A stretch of 64,000 bases of DNA from Anolis carolinensis (Eukaryota): contig NW_026943822.1 in the NCBI RefSeq assembly GCF_035594765.1, forward strand, positions 21,475,769 through 21,539,768. Direction: 5' to 3'. The position numbers and the translations under genes are program-made. Below, piece by piece: positions 12,740 through 25,156 of the stretch (position 1 is its first letter; each line of letters begins with the position of its first letter). The notes under the pieces were generated by a model that did no database searches, was not told the origin of the DNA, and saw only the letters and a list, made by a program, of their open reading frames with translations.

Positions 12740-13328
12740 CCCTTTGCAATTATCTCAATGCAGGAAAAAATAGTTATCACAACGCAAGATGGACCAGTTA
12801 TTCCAACGCAAGATGGACCAGTTATCCCAACGCAAGATGAACTGTTTATCCCAATGCTAGATGGACCAGTTATCCCAATACAAGAAGGACCAGTTATCCC
12901 AACGCAAGATGAACCAGTTATCACAACACACGAAGGACCAGATATTCCAACGCAAGACAAACTGTTTATCCCAACACTAGATGGATCAGTTATCCCAATG
13001 CAAGATGGACCAGTTACCCCTTTGCAATTATCCAAATGCAGGAAAAACCAGTTATCTTAATGCAAAATGAACCAGTTATCACGACACAAGAAGAACCCAT
13101 TATTCTAACACAAGATGAACTGTTTATCCCAACGCTAGATGGACCAATTATCCCCTTGCAATTATCCAAATGCAGGAAAAAACCACTTATCCTAATGCCA
13201 GATGAACCAGTTATCATAACACAAGAAGGACCAGATATTCCAATGCAAGATGAACTGTTTATCCCAATGCAATATGGACCAGTTATCCCAATACAAGATG
13301 AACCGGTTATCACAACACAAGATGAACA
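12740..13328. repeat. 24-bp minisatellite with higher-order structure
   Basis: Unit AGTTATCCCAACGCAAGATGGACC, punctuated three times by TTGCAATTATC..ATGCAGGAAAAA. Confidence 0.9.
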
Positions 13329-13535
13329 GGGTTGCTGTGAGTTTTCTGGGCTGTATAGCCATGTTCCAGAAGCAGTCTCTCCTGACGTTTTGCCCACATC
13401 TATGACAGGCATCTTCAGAGATTGTGAGCTTTGTCAGCTGCCACAGATGTGGGTGAAACATCAGGAGAAAATGCTTCAGGAACATGGCCATACAGCCCAG
13501 AAAACTCACAACAACCCAGTGATTCTGGCCATGAA
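13328..13535. mobile_element. Degenerate palindromic Penelope-like fragment
   Basis: Inverted arms of the same repeat. Confidence 0.65.
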
Positions 13536-13653
13536 TCCCAGCAATAGTGTGGCAAACATCAACTATAGGATTTATAGGAGTTGCCGTGTAGTTATGTAAT
13601 TCTCATTTAAAGGGAGTAAAGGGACAAAAAAATCAGCTAGTGTGTGTGTGTGT

Positions 13654-13880
13654 GAATTGTTTCCTTGTTTACTAGTTAGTGTCACCGGTGTATGTAAGTC
13701 TATGTAAGTGTGCATTTTATTGACGATTCATAGAATTGTTTCCTTGTTTACTAGTTAGTTTCACTGGTGTATGTAAGTCTATGTAAGTGTGCATTTTATT
13801 GACGATTCATAGAATTGTTTCCTTGTTTACTAGTTAGTGTTACTGGTGTATGTACGTCTATGCAAGTGTGCATTTTATTA
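13654..13880. repeat. ~78-bp tandem triplication
   Basis: GAATTGTTTCCTTGTTTACTAGTTAGT... three times. Confidence 0.85.
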
Positions 13881-14616
13881 ACAAGTGCATTTGATCCAGC
13901 TTTGCAGTTTTAATGCAGCTTTGTAGTTTCAGCATTACATATTATACATTGTTGCTTTTTAAATATTATTATTATTGTTTTTCAACTATGTTTTCTTTCC
14001 TGTTGAATTAAAAAACAATTACAAACAGTGGCTAAGAAATCAATGGGAGGTAAAGAGAGTTTTGCAAAGGGAAAGTAAATAAAAAATGCAAGAAAAAGCC
14101 GATGTTAACCATTCACCCATCCGCTGAGCATGTTTGAGCTTGTGTCACTGTAAGCTCCCAGATTATTATAACTGTTGCATTTCAAGGAAATGTTTGCCTT
14201 AATAATTCACTTTAAGCCAACCAAAAGCATGCATTTTTATTTCCTGAATCTTAAACTGAAGTTTTTCAGATACCACTTTAACTCAAGGCCCTTCCAGTCT
14301 TCTTCGGGAGAGATAAAGCGGGGTATAAATAAATAATACAACAACAACAACAACAACCATAATTTCATAGCAATGTGGGTCCTTCCAGACAGGCCCTATA
14401 TCCCAGGATCTGATCCCAGATTATCTGGCAGTGTGGACTCACATAAACCAGTTTAAAGTAGAACACCTGGGATCAGATCCTGTCTGGAAAGGCCCGCATT
14501 GCTATGGAATTATGGATGTTGTTGTTGTATTATTATTTATTTATACCCTGCTTTATCTCTCCCGAAGAAGACTCAAAGCAGCATAACATAAAAGCATTGG
14601 CATGTCATTTCAAATA

Positions 14617-14939
14617 CAGTAGAGTCTCACTTATCCAACATAAACGGGCCGGCAGAATGTTGGATAAGCGAATATGTTGGATAATAAGGAGAGATTAAGG
14701 AGAAGCCTATTAAACATCAAATTAAGTTATGATTTTATAAATTAAGCACCAAAACATCATGTTATACAACAAATCTGGCAGGAAATGTAGTTCAATACGC
14801 AGTAATGCTACGTAGTAATTACTGTATTTACGAATTTCGCACCAAAATATCATGATATATTGAAAACATTGACTACAAAAATGTGTTGGATAATCCAGAA
14901 CGTTGGATAAGCGAGTGTTGGATAAGTGAGACTCAACTG
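14617..14939. mobile_element. Tc1/mariner-type MITE
   Basis: TA|CAGTAGAGTCTCACTTATCCAA TIRs; five copies in window. Confidence 0.8.
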
Positions 14940-15379
14940 TATACAAATATGCAAACATAAAAACAGGATTAAATATAAACAGTATTAAATAAATTCCCAT
15001 TTTAAAAGTTTTGCAAAGTCTTCAGTCGTCTCTGCAAAAGAAAGAAACCTTGGTGCCTCAACAAACTACAACTTCCTGGATCCCATTGTATTGAGCCATA
15101 GCGGTATCAAACTGCATTAATTCTATAGTGTAGATGCACCCTTAATTTCTCTAAAAGGCAACGTGGTGGTTTCCCAAGGATTTCCATTAATTTTGTTATT
15201 TTGGGAGAGCATTTAACACACACCCCAGCCATTTCCTCTTGCTAACTTGCAGAATTATTTCCTTTTTCAATTGCAAAATAAAGACTTTTCGCTCTTGTTG
15301 ATTTGCAGATTTCGGGGACAAAGGGGAACCCATTGAAAGAATGAAGGCCAGAACAATCAGTCTGGTTTGCATGTCTCCT

Positions 15380-15770
15380 GGGTTGCTGTGAGTTTTCCGG
15401 GCTGTATGGCCATGTTCCAGAAGCAGCATTCTCTCCTGACGTTTCGCCCACATCAATGGCAGGCATCCTCAGAGGCTGTGAGGTCTGTTGGAAACTTGGC
15501 AAATGGGGTTTATATACCTGTGGGAGTAATAACTCTTATCTGTTGGAGGCAGGTGTGAATGTTGCACTTATCCAGCTTGATTAGCATCAAATAGCCTTGC
15601 AGCTTTAAAGCCTGGCTGCTTCCTGCCTGGGGGAATCCTTTGTTGGGTGGTGTTAGTTGGCCCTAATTGTTTCCTGTCAGGAATTCCCCTGTTTTCTGAG
15701 TTTTGCTCTTTATTTACTGCCCTGATTTTAGTGGGGTTTTTTAGAGGAAACAATCAGGGCCAGCGAACAC
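15380..15770 (-). mobile_element. Penelope-like element 3' fragment
   Basis: Terminal repeat with intact hammerhead motif (15435-15475, minus) and ORF tail LKN..IR.VNK. Confidence 0.72.
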
Positions 15771-15872
15771 CATTTTTGAAATCAGCAAGTCAAATATATC
15801 CAGAAACAGGGCTAAACGTTGGAGGGACCCAAATGTGCATTGGCCAGTGTAGTAGTAGTAGTAGTAGTAGTA

Positions 15873-15905
<33 letters not shown>

Positions 15906-16606
15906 TTGTACACAATGGATAAGAATGATTAATAAACAATATAAATAAATTAATTATCAATAATAATCAATAATAATGATCAATAATGTGATAATTATTG
16001 TTTATTTTTATTATTAATATTCATCATTATCAATAATATAATATATATAAAGTAATTATAACATAATAAGATTACCATTAATAGTAATCTATTTTATTAT
16101 TAATATAATAATTGGTAATAATACAATCATAGCTGAATTATATAATAAGATTATTAATATAATAAGATTAATATAACTGATGACATATAATTATTATATA
16201 ATAATTGACAATATAATAATAGCTAAGTATTATTAATATAATAATTGATAATGTTAATTATATAATAATTAATGATCATATAATAATAGCTGAATTATAT
16301 AATAAGATTATTAATATAATAACTGATAATATATAATCATTATATAATAATTAACAATATAATAATAGCTAACTATTATTAATATAATAATTGATGATAT
16401 TAATTATATAATAATTAATAATATTATAATAGCTAAATTATATAAGATTATTAATATAATAACTGATAATATATAATCATTATATAATAATTAACAATAT
16501 AATAATCTATTCTATTATTAATATAATAATTGATAATATTAATTATATAATAATAAATAATATAATAATAGCTAAATTATATATTAATATAATAACTGAT
16601 AATATA

Positions 16607-16929
16607 CAGTAGAGTCTCGCTTATCCAACGTAAACGGGCCAGCAGAACGTTGGATAAGTGAATATGTTGGATAATAAGGAGAGATGAAGGAAAAGCCTAT
16701 TAAACATTAAATTAGGTTATGATTTTACAAATTAAGCACAAAAACATCATGTTAGACAACAAATTTGACATAAAAAGTAGTTCAATACACAGTAATGCTA
16801 TGTTGTAATTACTGTATTTACGAATTTAGCACCAAAATATCACGATGTATTGAAAACACTGACTACAAAAATGCGTTGGATAATCCAGAACGTTGGATAA
16901 GCGAGTGTTGGATAAGTGAGACTCTACTG
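16607..16929. mobile_element. Tc1/mariner-type MITE
   Basis: Same TIRs, TA flanks. Confidence 0.8.
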
Positions 16930-17368
16930 TATAATCATTGTATAATAATTAACAATATAATAATAGCTAATGTTAATAATATCATTAATAATAACAATTA
17001 ATTAATTAATATAAATAATAATAATGCTCAATGCTGTAGGATGATGGGAGTTGTAGTCTTCTCTTTGGCACAGAAGACCTTGCAAGACTACAACTCCCAC
17101 AATTCCTGATCCTGGGAAGTTCCAAGTGGGGCCAAAGTGCCTTCCTAGATGCTGTGCACGCATTGTGCACGTCTGAATGGAGGCCCAGACCCGTGTCAGA
17201 CGCGTACACACACCCACTATATTATTCGGCATTAGCAAAGCACTTGCCTCGGAGAACAAAGCCGGATGGAGCTGCTATTTTCTTTCTTTCTTTTCTTTCT
17301 TTTCTGCTCCAAACCAGAATCCGGATTCCCTTGATCCGGATCGAGCAGCGTTTACACGGCGGTTTGGA

Positions 17369-17380
17369 AGTTTCGTTTTC
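17369..17380 (-). promoter_or_regulatory. ISRE in the PML promoter / first exon
   Basis: AGTTTCGTTTTC = AGTTTCNNTTTC consensus, in a CpG-enriched patch upstream of PML exon 2; PML is an interferon-induced gene with an ISRE at its 5' end. Confidence 0.7.
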
Positions 17381-17481
17381 TCCTCAGTGACGAAGGCAGG
17401 GGAAAAAAAGAAGAAGAAGAGAAGGAAATTTAAAGAGAAAGAGCGTCCCGGAAAACCCGCCCCTTCCTTTCCAGCGGGAGA

Positions 17482-17500
17482 ACTACAACTCCCAGAATGC
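17482..17500 (+). promoter_or_regulatory. ZNF143/THAP11 composite motif next to a GC box
   Basis: ACTACAACTCCCAGAATGC; CCCGCCCC at ~17456. The short core also occurs in local repeats. Confidence 0.5.
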
Positions 17501-17789
17501 CCCGCGGCTCTTCGGCTCAGAAATCGAGATGAGCACCACGTCCCAGAATCGGACACAACTGGACTTGATAAACCTTTTACCTTGACTGAAATGAGTTAAA
17601 TTAGCCTCCCTGTATAAAACGGTACCTAAATTTCCTACTCGGACAGATGCAGAAGCATTCTCTCCTGACGTTTCGCCCACACCTATGGGCAGCCACCCTC
17701 AGAGGTTTCAGGAGGTAAATTAGCCTCCCTGTATAAAACGGTACCTAAATTTCCTACTCGGACAGATGCAGAAGCATTCTCTCCTGACG

Positions 17790-18056
17790 TTTCCACAGGT
17801 ATATAAACCCTACTTGCCTAGTTTCCAACAGACCTCACAACCTCTGAGGATGCCTGCCATGGGTGTGGGTGAAACATCAGGAGAGAATGCTTCTGGAACA
17901 TGGCCAGACAGCCCAGAAAACTCACAGCAATGAGTGGTTCCATCTTCGACAACACAACTACAAACCTCACAACCTCTGAGGATGCCTGCCATGGGTGTGG
18001 GTGAAACGTCAGGAGAGAATGCTTCTGGAACATGGCCAGCCAGCCCGGAAAAGCAA
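17790..18056 (+). mobile_element. Tandem Penelope-like terminal-repeat fragments
   Basis: Two direct copies; hammerhead motif at 17973-18013. Confidence 0.7.
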
Positions 18057-18558
18057 CCGACTGGTGCTTTACCAAATTACAAATCCCAGGACTGCATAGC
18101 ACTGAGGCATGGCAGCTAAAGTAGAGTCAAGCTGCATTGATGCTACTGTGCTTGTCTGTTTGAGGCAAGTTTGAATCTTGCTGGTTTGCTTGTTGATGGG
18201 AGGAACTGGTTTTGGTTTGCCTCACCACAAAGCCAGTTTTCGGCATGTTTTCCTGGTTCAACGGTTCAGCTTTTTTGCAAGTCAACACAGCTGCAGCTGG
18301 GGCAAGAAATGTCCAAAAGCTTCCTGCTCAAGACAAGAAACGTGTGTTTCTCAGAGAGTTCTAGAGGCCTTGGTTTCATAAGTAGCTTCAGAATTGTGTC
18401 TTGAAACAGCTCATTTCCATTAACCAAGAAGTAGTTTCCACCCCAAAAGGTTTCACACCTGATGCTACGTTGCTGCAACAATGGACCTTAGGTGTTGCCC
18501 ATAAAGACCTCCAGAAACTCATTCTTCCAACTGATGTTGGGCTTCTTCACCAGATGCC

Positions 18559-19486
18559 ATGGGCCTTTCGGAGACCTTGTTGGTCACCTTGGTTTGTTGG
18601 GCAACATCTCAGGTGGCTTCCTACGACCCTTGGGATTATGCCCAAAGGAGCCCGGTGGCTTGGAGGTCTTTGGAAAGCGGTCCTTCTGTGGGGCAGAACT
18701 ACCCATGGAGTTGGGTGGACGCCTCCCAGCCGAGGGTCTTGTCCCCCTTGACCCCGGTCAGCGCCAAGTGTGGGGAGGCTCAGGTGGAGGTGGCCGTCAA
18801 GAGGGACCTCTTTGGCACCGGGAGGCTCGTCCAAGCCACCGACCTGACGTTGGGCTCGCCTGGGTGCCCACCCACCTCCTTTGATGCCTCCCAGGACACG
18901 GTCATCTTTGACGTTGGGCTTCACGAATGCGGCAGCACTTTGCAGGTATTGATTTGTTGGACAACATCTCAGGTGGCTTCCTACGTCTCATTTGTATTAC
19001 TTTTAAAGAGAGGCTGGAGGGCCATCTATCGGGAGTGCTTTGATTGTGCTTTTCCTGCACAGCAGGGCGTTGGGCTAGATGGCCCACATGGTCTCTTCCA
19101 ACTCTTTGATTCTATTACATTATTATTATTAATAATTATTATTGTTGTTGTTGTTGTACTCCTTGGAGGCTTTTAAAGAGAGGCTGGAAGGCCATCTGTC
19201 GGGAGTGCTTTGATTGTGCCTTTACTGCATAGCATAGCATAGCCCATGTGGTCTTTTCCAACTCTGTAATTACATTGTGTGGTTGTGGTGTTGCAGCTGT
19301 GTTGTGTTGCAGCTGTGTTGTACTGTTTTTATATTATTATTTTAGATTTAGATGTTGAACATTTTAAATACATTTAAATACTCAAAATCTCCACATTGTC
19401 AACATAAGAGTACCCATAACATGTTAACTATCTCATTTATAATGAAATAGCCTTTACACATTTTTCTGTTCTGACCAAAAAGATAG

Positions 19487-19534
<48 letters not shown>

Positions 19535-19725
19535 AGATAGATAGATATCTTTCTGTAGCCTTAAAGTATAAAAGTAAATTTCCCACTGAGTAAATAATTC
19601 TCATTTAAAAATAAGTTAAACATGGCACAATCAAGCAAACTTAAGCACTTCCAATTCTTGATTTTAGATTTTCAAATCTTGATTTTGGCACTATCAAATT
19701 CCAATCCGTGGGAAAGCATTAATGC

Positions 19726-19756
<31 letters not shown>

Positions 19757-20000
19757 TTAGAAACACAAGATGAGTCCACAGCAGACACTCTGCTGGCTGT
19801 TGTATTGGATCACATTATTATCAATACAACGACGTTGTATGGCACAGCACACAAGATAGATATGCTGGATTTCGTTTCGCAAAACCACAAGTCGAACACT
19901 TCCCAAGTGTCTAGGACTTTGTGATGTATTTTCTGATGATGTGTGCAGATCCCAGTAGAGTGGCCTTTTGCAGTTGGCAGATGGTGATTTTGTCAATGTC

Positions 20001-20052
<52 letters not shown>

Positions 20053-20140
20053 TTATTAGAAACACAAGATGAGTCCATAGCAGACACTCTGCTGGCTGTT
20101 GTATTGGATCACACATTAGACATAGTCTAGGACTGTGTGA

Positions 20141-20180
<40 letters not shown>

Positions 20181-23100
20181 GATACCCTGTTTTATCTCTC
20201 AAGGCTCAAAAGAGGCTTAACATAAAAGCAGGATATGGCTGAATAGATTATAATTAACCCTTATATGTCTTCTAGATGACTCCGGACTCCTTGGTCTACA
20301 GCATCAGCCTTTACTACAACCCAACTCCTGCTGCCAACGCCCTCATTGTGAGAAGCAGCCCAGCCGAAGTCCCGATCGAGTGTCACTATCCAAGGCAAGC
20401 GGATCAAATTTATTTATTTTATTTATTTACAGTATTTATATTCCGCCCTTCTCACCCAAAGGGGACTCAGGGTGGATCACAATGTGCACATAGATGGCAA
20501 ACATGCAATGCCATATACACATAGAGACAGAGACAAAGACAGACACAGAGGCAATTTAACCTTCTCCAGCTTCCTGAGGGTATGCTCAATTCCAGCCACA
20601 GGGGGAGCAGCTGCTTTATCATTCACTGTGATGCCGAGTCCTTGGATACTTCCTCACTTCCGATTTTTATGGTGTTGTAAATTAGTTAAATTGGCCTCCC
20701 CACATAAGTGGTACCTATATTTCCTACTTGAAAGATGCAACTATCTTTCGGGTTGTTTAGGTCAACAACGAGCAGGGCTATTTTTTATTTTAATTGTCGG
20801 GTGCTCACTCCAACACGGGCTGGCCTTGAACTCATGACCGTTTGGTCAGAGTGATTTATGAGAACATGGACTTTCCATGACCTGTACCAAGACTTACGCT
20901 GAGGATTCTGGATGAATGGATTTTAATCTTGGATATGTTTTAAAAAAATTATATAATGTGATTTTATTTTGCAATGGTATCTGCTTTTATGTGAATTGTT
21001 GTTTTGTACACTGTTTTTAGGCATTGAATTTTTGCCTATTTATTGTGAGCTGCCTCGAAAGGCGGGGTAAAAATGGTGTAAGTAAATAAATTTATTGCAG
21101 CTGGCTACTAACCAGCCTGCGCCACAGCCTGGCCCAAATGAAGTCTATTTAACTTCACCGTAGGAATTTCCAATTCTTTTTTTCCCCTTTTCCAGGCGAA
21201 ACAACGTCAGCAGCAAAGCCGTGCAGCCAACCTGGGTGCCCTTCAGCTCCACGCTTTCTGCAGAACAGAAGATGAGCTTCTCCTTGCGCTTGATGAACGG
21301 TATCTCAAGAACTGTTCCAAAGCCCAAACCACTACGTCAATATTATGCAATTGTGGGAATTGAAATCCAAAACTTGGAGGGCCAAGTTTGCCCATGCCTG
21401 GTAATTCTAGAGAGCCTAGAGTTCCTTCTAGGTAGAATCTTATAATACATTTTTGCTTTCTAGACGACTGGACCACAGAGCGAGCTTCCAGCGGTTTCCA
21501 ACTCGGAGACGTCATGCACATCCAGGCTGACGTGGATACGGAGAACCACGTCCCCTTGAGGCTCTTTCTGGATAGCTGCATGGCCACCCTGAGCCCAGGC
21601 GTGGATTCCACCCCAAAATATCCCATCGTTGACTACAAGGGGTAAGGTATTTTTTAAGGATTTCATCCATTACCTTATTATTCGGGCTCCTGTTGATAAC
21701 AGCCAGTAGGTGGTTAGGAATTGTGGAAGTTGAAGTCCAAAATGTTTGGATTTGTAAAAGGCACCATGATGTAATGGGTTGACTGGAAAGGCATGTGTCG
21801 GCAGCTGATTGACTGAGCCAGCCAGGAGCCAGAATTCTGATTGGCTACTGTGAGAAATGATTTTAACTTCCATTTTTCACCCCTGAGAGTGAAGAGAGAG
21901 CGGACTGGAAACAGTCAGAAAGGAAATGGCTGCCAACTCTCTGAAGCCTGATTATTTCTGAGGCAAATGAGGCATATTTAAAGACTGTTTAAAAGGACTG
22001 TTTGTTCTCTCTCTTCTCTGTAGGAATTCAGAGAGACTGCTATATATATTGTTGCTCTGTTTGACCTTTTGAACTGAAGTAAAGTTACTGTTACTTGATA
22101 CACAAACCTGAGTGACACTTTATTACACTGCAGGGTATATTTTGGTTAAAGCTTCTATTTATTTACATCTACAACCTCCAACACAAAACACCTGGAGGGC
22201 TGAAGTTTGCCCATGCCTGCTGTAGAATCATTCTGGAAGAACTAGATAAATGAAACCATGGATTCCAGTCCTGTGTATATGGAAGTTTTACTGTTGTTTG
22301 CATTACTGAAAATTTACAAAATGTTCCTATTTTCTAGCTGCCTTGTTGATGGGAGGTCGGATTCCAGCTCGGCTTTTGTGTCCCCAAGACTTAAAGACAA
22401 CTCGCTCCAGTTCACAGTAGATGTCTTCAGGTTCACCGAAGATCCCAGAGATCTGGTGAGCAACCATCTTTCTCAGTTTAGTTCTTGCACCTTGACTTGA
22501 CTAATATGGGTTTGTGTCTCCTTTGTTGGAGGTTGTAAATGTAAATTAATAGAAGCTTTACTACGGTTTCTGTACCAAAATATACCTCTCAGTCTTCATC
22601 TGCCTTGGAAATAATCAGGCTTCAAAGAGTTGGCAACCATTTCCTTCCTGACTGTTTCCAGTCAGCGCTCTCTTCACTCTCTGAGGTGAAAAATGGAAGT
22701 TAAAACAGTTTCTCACAGTAACCAATCAGAATTCTGGCTCCTGGCTGGCTCAGCCAATCAGCTGCCAATACATGCCTTTCCAGTCAACTCATTACATCAT
22801 TGTGCTTTTTACAAATCCCCACATTCTTAATACTTTCTGGTAGATCTATATAACGTGCCACTTGAAAGTTACTGCAGCTGACCAGGCTCCCGATTTGGAG
22901 AACAAGGCTTGCTCCTTCAACCAAGCTAGTAATACGTGAGTTGATTCCTTGCCCTTGGCTCCTATGGCAACATCTGGAAGGCTGTATGGTGCAAAATTGG
23001 ACCTATATGTCACTGTGTTTTCTTCTCTCTCTTCCACTTACTCCAGTTGGGTTCCAGTTGAAGGCACCAGGGACATCTGCACTTGCTGTGAAAGCGGGAA

Positions 23101-23688
23101 CTGTGACCAATTCCAAGGCCAGCCAAGGCGGATCAACCCCTGGGAGAGATGGGGCCGAGGGAGGAGGTCGGCCAGAGCTTCAGCTGCCAAGCAAGGTATG
23201 TTCAACATTGGTTTAATGCTCCACAAAACCAATTTTGACAAGTCCATTCTCAAGGGCGAACCCCATATTTCCAAGCCTTGGAATCCTACTGTTGACTCAG
23301 CAGCCTGAACCTCAGATTGAGGAACGAGGGATTCAGGTTCCCAGTCTCCCCGAAAGGCCTGTAGTGTTGGAGGATGAGGAACGGAGAGTGCAGTTTCAGG
23401 TTCCCACAGGAAAGGCTGGAGTAGATGAAACCAGCCAGGTGCATACCGACATGGGAATGGAAGAAGGGAGGACAGAAGATTCTTAGCTGAATGATGAGTC
23501 TCAGAGAAATAACGAGCCAACTGACCTTAATGAGTTAGATTCCTTAGATAGGGCTTAGCGTTTGGAATTCAGAGTTCGGCGAAGTGTGAGAATCGCAAAT
23601 AGAAGGGAGGTGAGAGGGCAGAGAAATGCCTTCATGTTTTGCAAAGAGTCCCGAGTCCCTGTGGGGAGATGGTGGCGGGGTATAAATA

Positions 23689-23727
<39 letters not shown>

Positions 23728-25116
23728 AAGGGGTGCGTTCGGGGGAAAGCCTTTGTCAAAGCAACTCTTTCACGGAGAAGCAAGTTCTAGTTTTCCTGCT
23801 GTATCTTGGAGTCTATTGCCTTCTATCTATCCATGTTCCTGGGGATTAGCCATGCTGTCTTTGAATCTTGTTTTATGCCTTGTGAGTTCCTGACATATTT
23901 CTGTGGATTGTATTTTTATTTATAACTGACTTTTGGTGCTTTACTTTTGCTTTCTAAAGAACTTTTTATTCTTTAACTTCAATAAACTTTAAAGGCTTAA
24001 ACATGGTGTGCAATTTGTGCATTAGAGCAAGGTGAATTCCAACCTATCACTGTTCCTTCTCTTGTTCCTACCATAACACCTTCCCAGATTGGGAACTTGA
24101 GTCTCAGGATGACCCCATATCTAGGGTCTCATGTTGGGTTTCCTGTGGTTTGCATGGACAGAAAGACTGGTCCAAACAAAGAGTGCTCCTCAACCATTGT
24201 TTCTCAGTTTAATTCTGAGAAGTCCTTGGGCAGGAATGCTGGGAGCTTAAGTCCCAAATATGTAGAAGACCCACATTTGAGAAATCTTCAACACATTGAG
24301 GTGTTATCTACCTTCACTCAAATCCAGGTATGCTGAAGGAGGTGGAGACGGACGTGATGTTGGGCCCGATCCTGATCTTGGATGCCTACCTGACCTCCAG
24401 GACCTTTGCTGGACGTCAAAGCGAAGCAACGGGATCCTCGGCAGAATATGGTACAGTTGGCACACAAACATCAATGATGGTTGGAGGCACCTATGCCATT
24501 ACGGTGGGATAAACGTTCCGTGATTTAGTCCGAACTGGATGTTGAAATCCTAACTCCACCAATGGGTTCAGCACCTAGGACAGTGATGGCCAACCTATGA
24601 CACGCGTGTCAGCACTGACACGCCTAGCCATTTTTGCTGACACGCTGCCGCATGCAGATTGATTGGATGACTAATGCCTTTTGTGGCCAAATTCAGTGTG
24701 ATTTGGTCCAGTGGTTTTGTTGTTTACTCCATGGGAATTATGCACTCTATATATATATACAGTAGAGTCTCACTAATCCAAGCTAAACGGGCCGGCAGAA
24801 GCTTGGATGAGCGAATATCTTGGATTATAAGGACTGATCAAGGAAAAGCCTATTAAACATCCAATTAGGTTATGATTTTACAAATTAAGCACCAAAACTT
24901 CATGTTATACAACAAATTTGACAGAAAAAGTAGTTCAATACGCAGTAATGTTATGTTGTAATTACTGTATTTACGAATTTAGTACCAAAATATCACGATA
25001 TATTGGAAACATTGACTACAAAAATGGCTTGGATTATCCAGAGGCTTGGATAAGCGAGGCTTGGATTAGTGAGACTCTACTGTGTGTATATATATATATA
25101 TACACACACACACACA

Positions 25117-25156
<40 letters not shown>

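Noticed and set aside
12385-13599. Long ORFs with octapeptide repeats (GPVIPTQD / GITGPSCV)
   Set aside because: Products of a 24-bp minisatellite open in several frames; no splice or domain support.
15860-16606. Extremely AT-rich tract as a functional element
   Set aside because: Degenerate low-complexity tandem repeat with no further signal.
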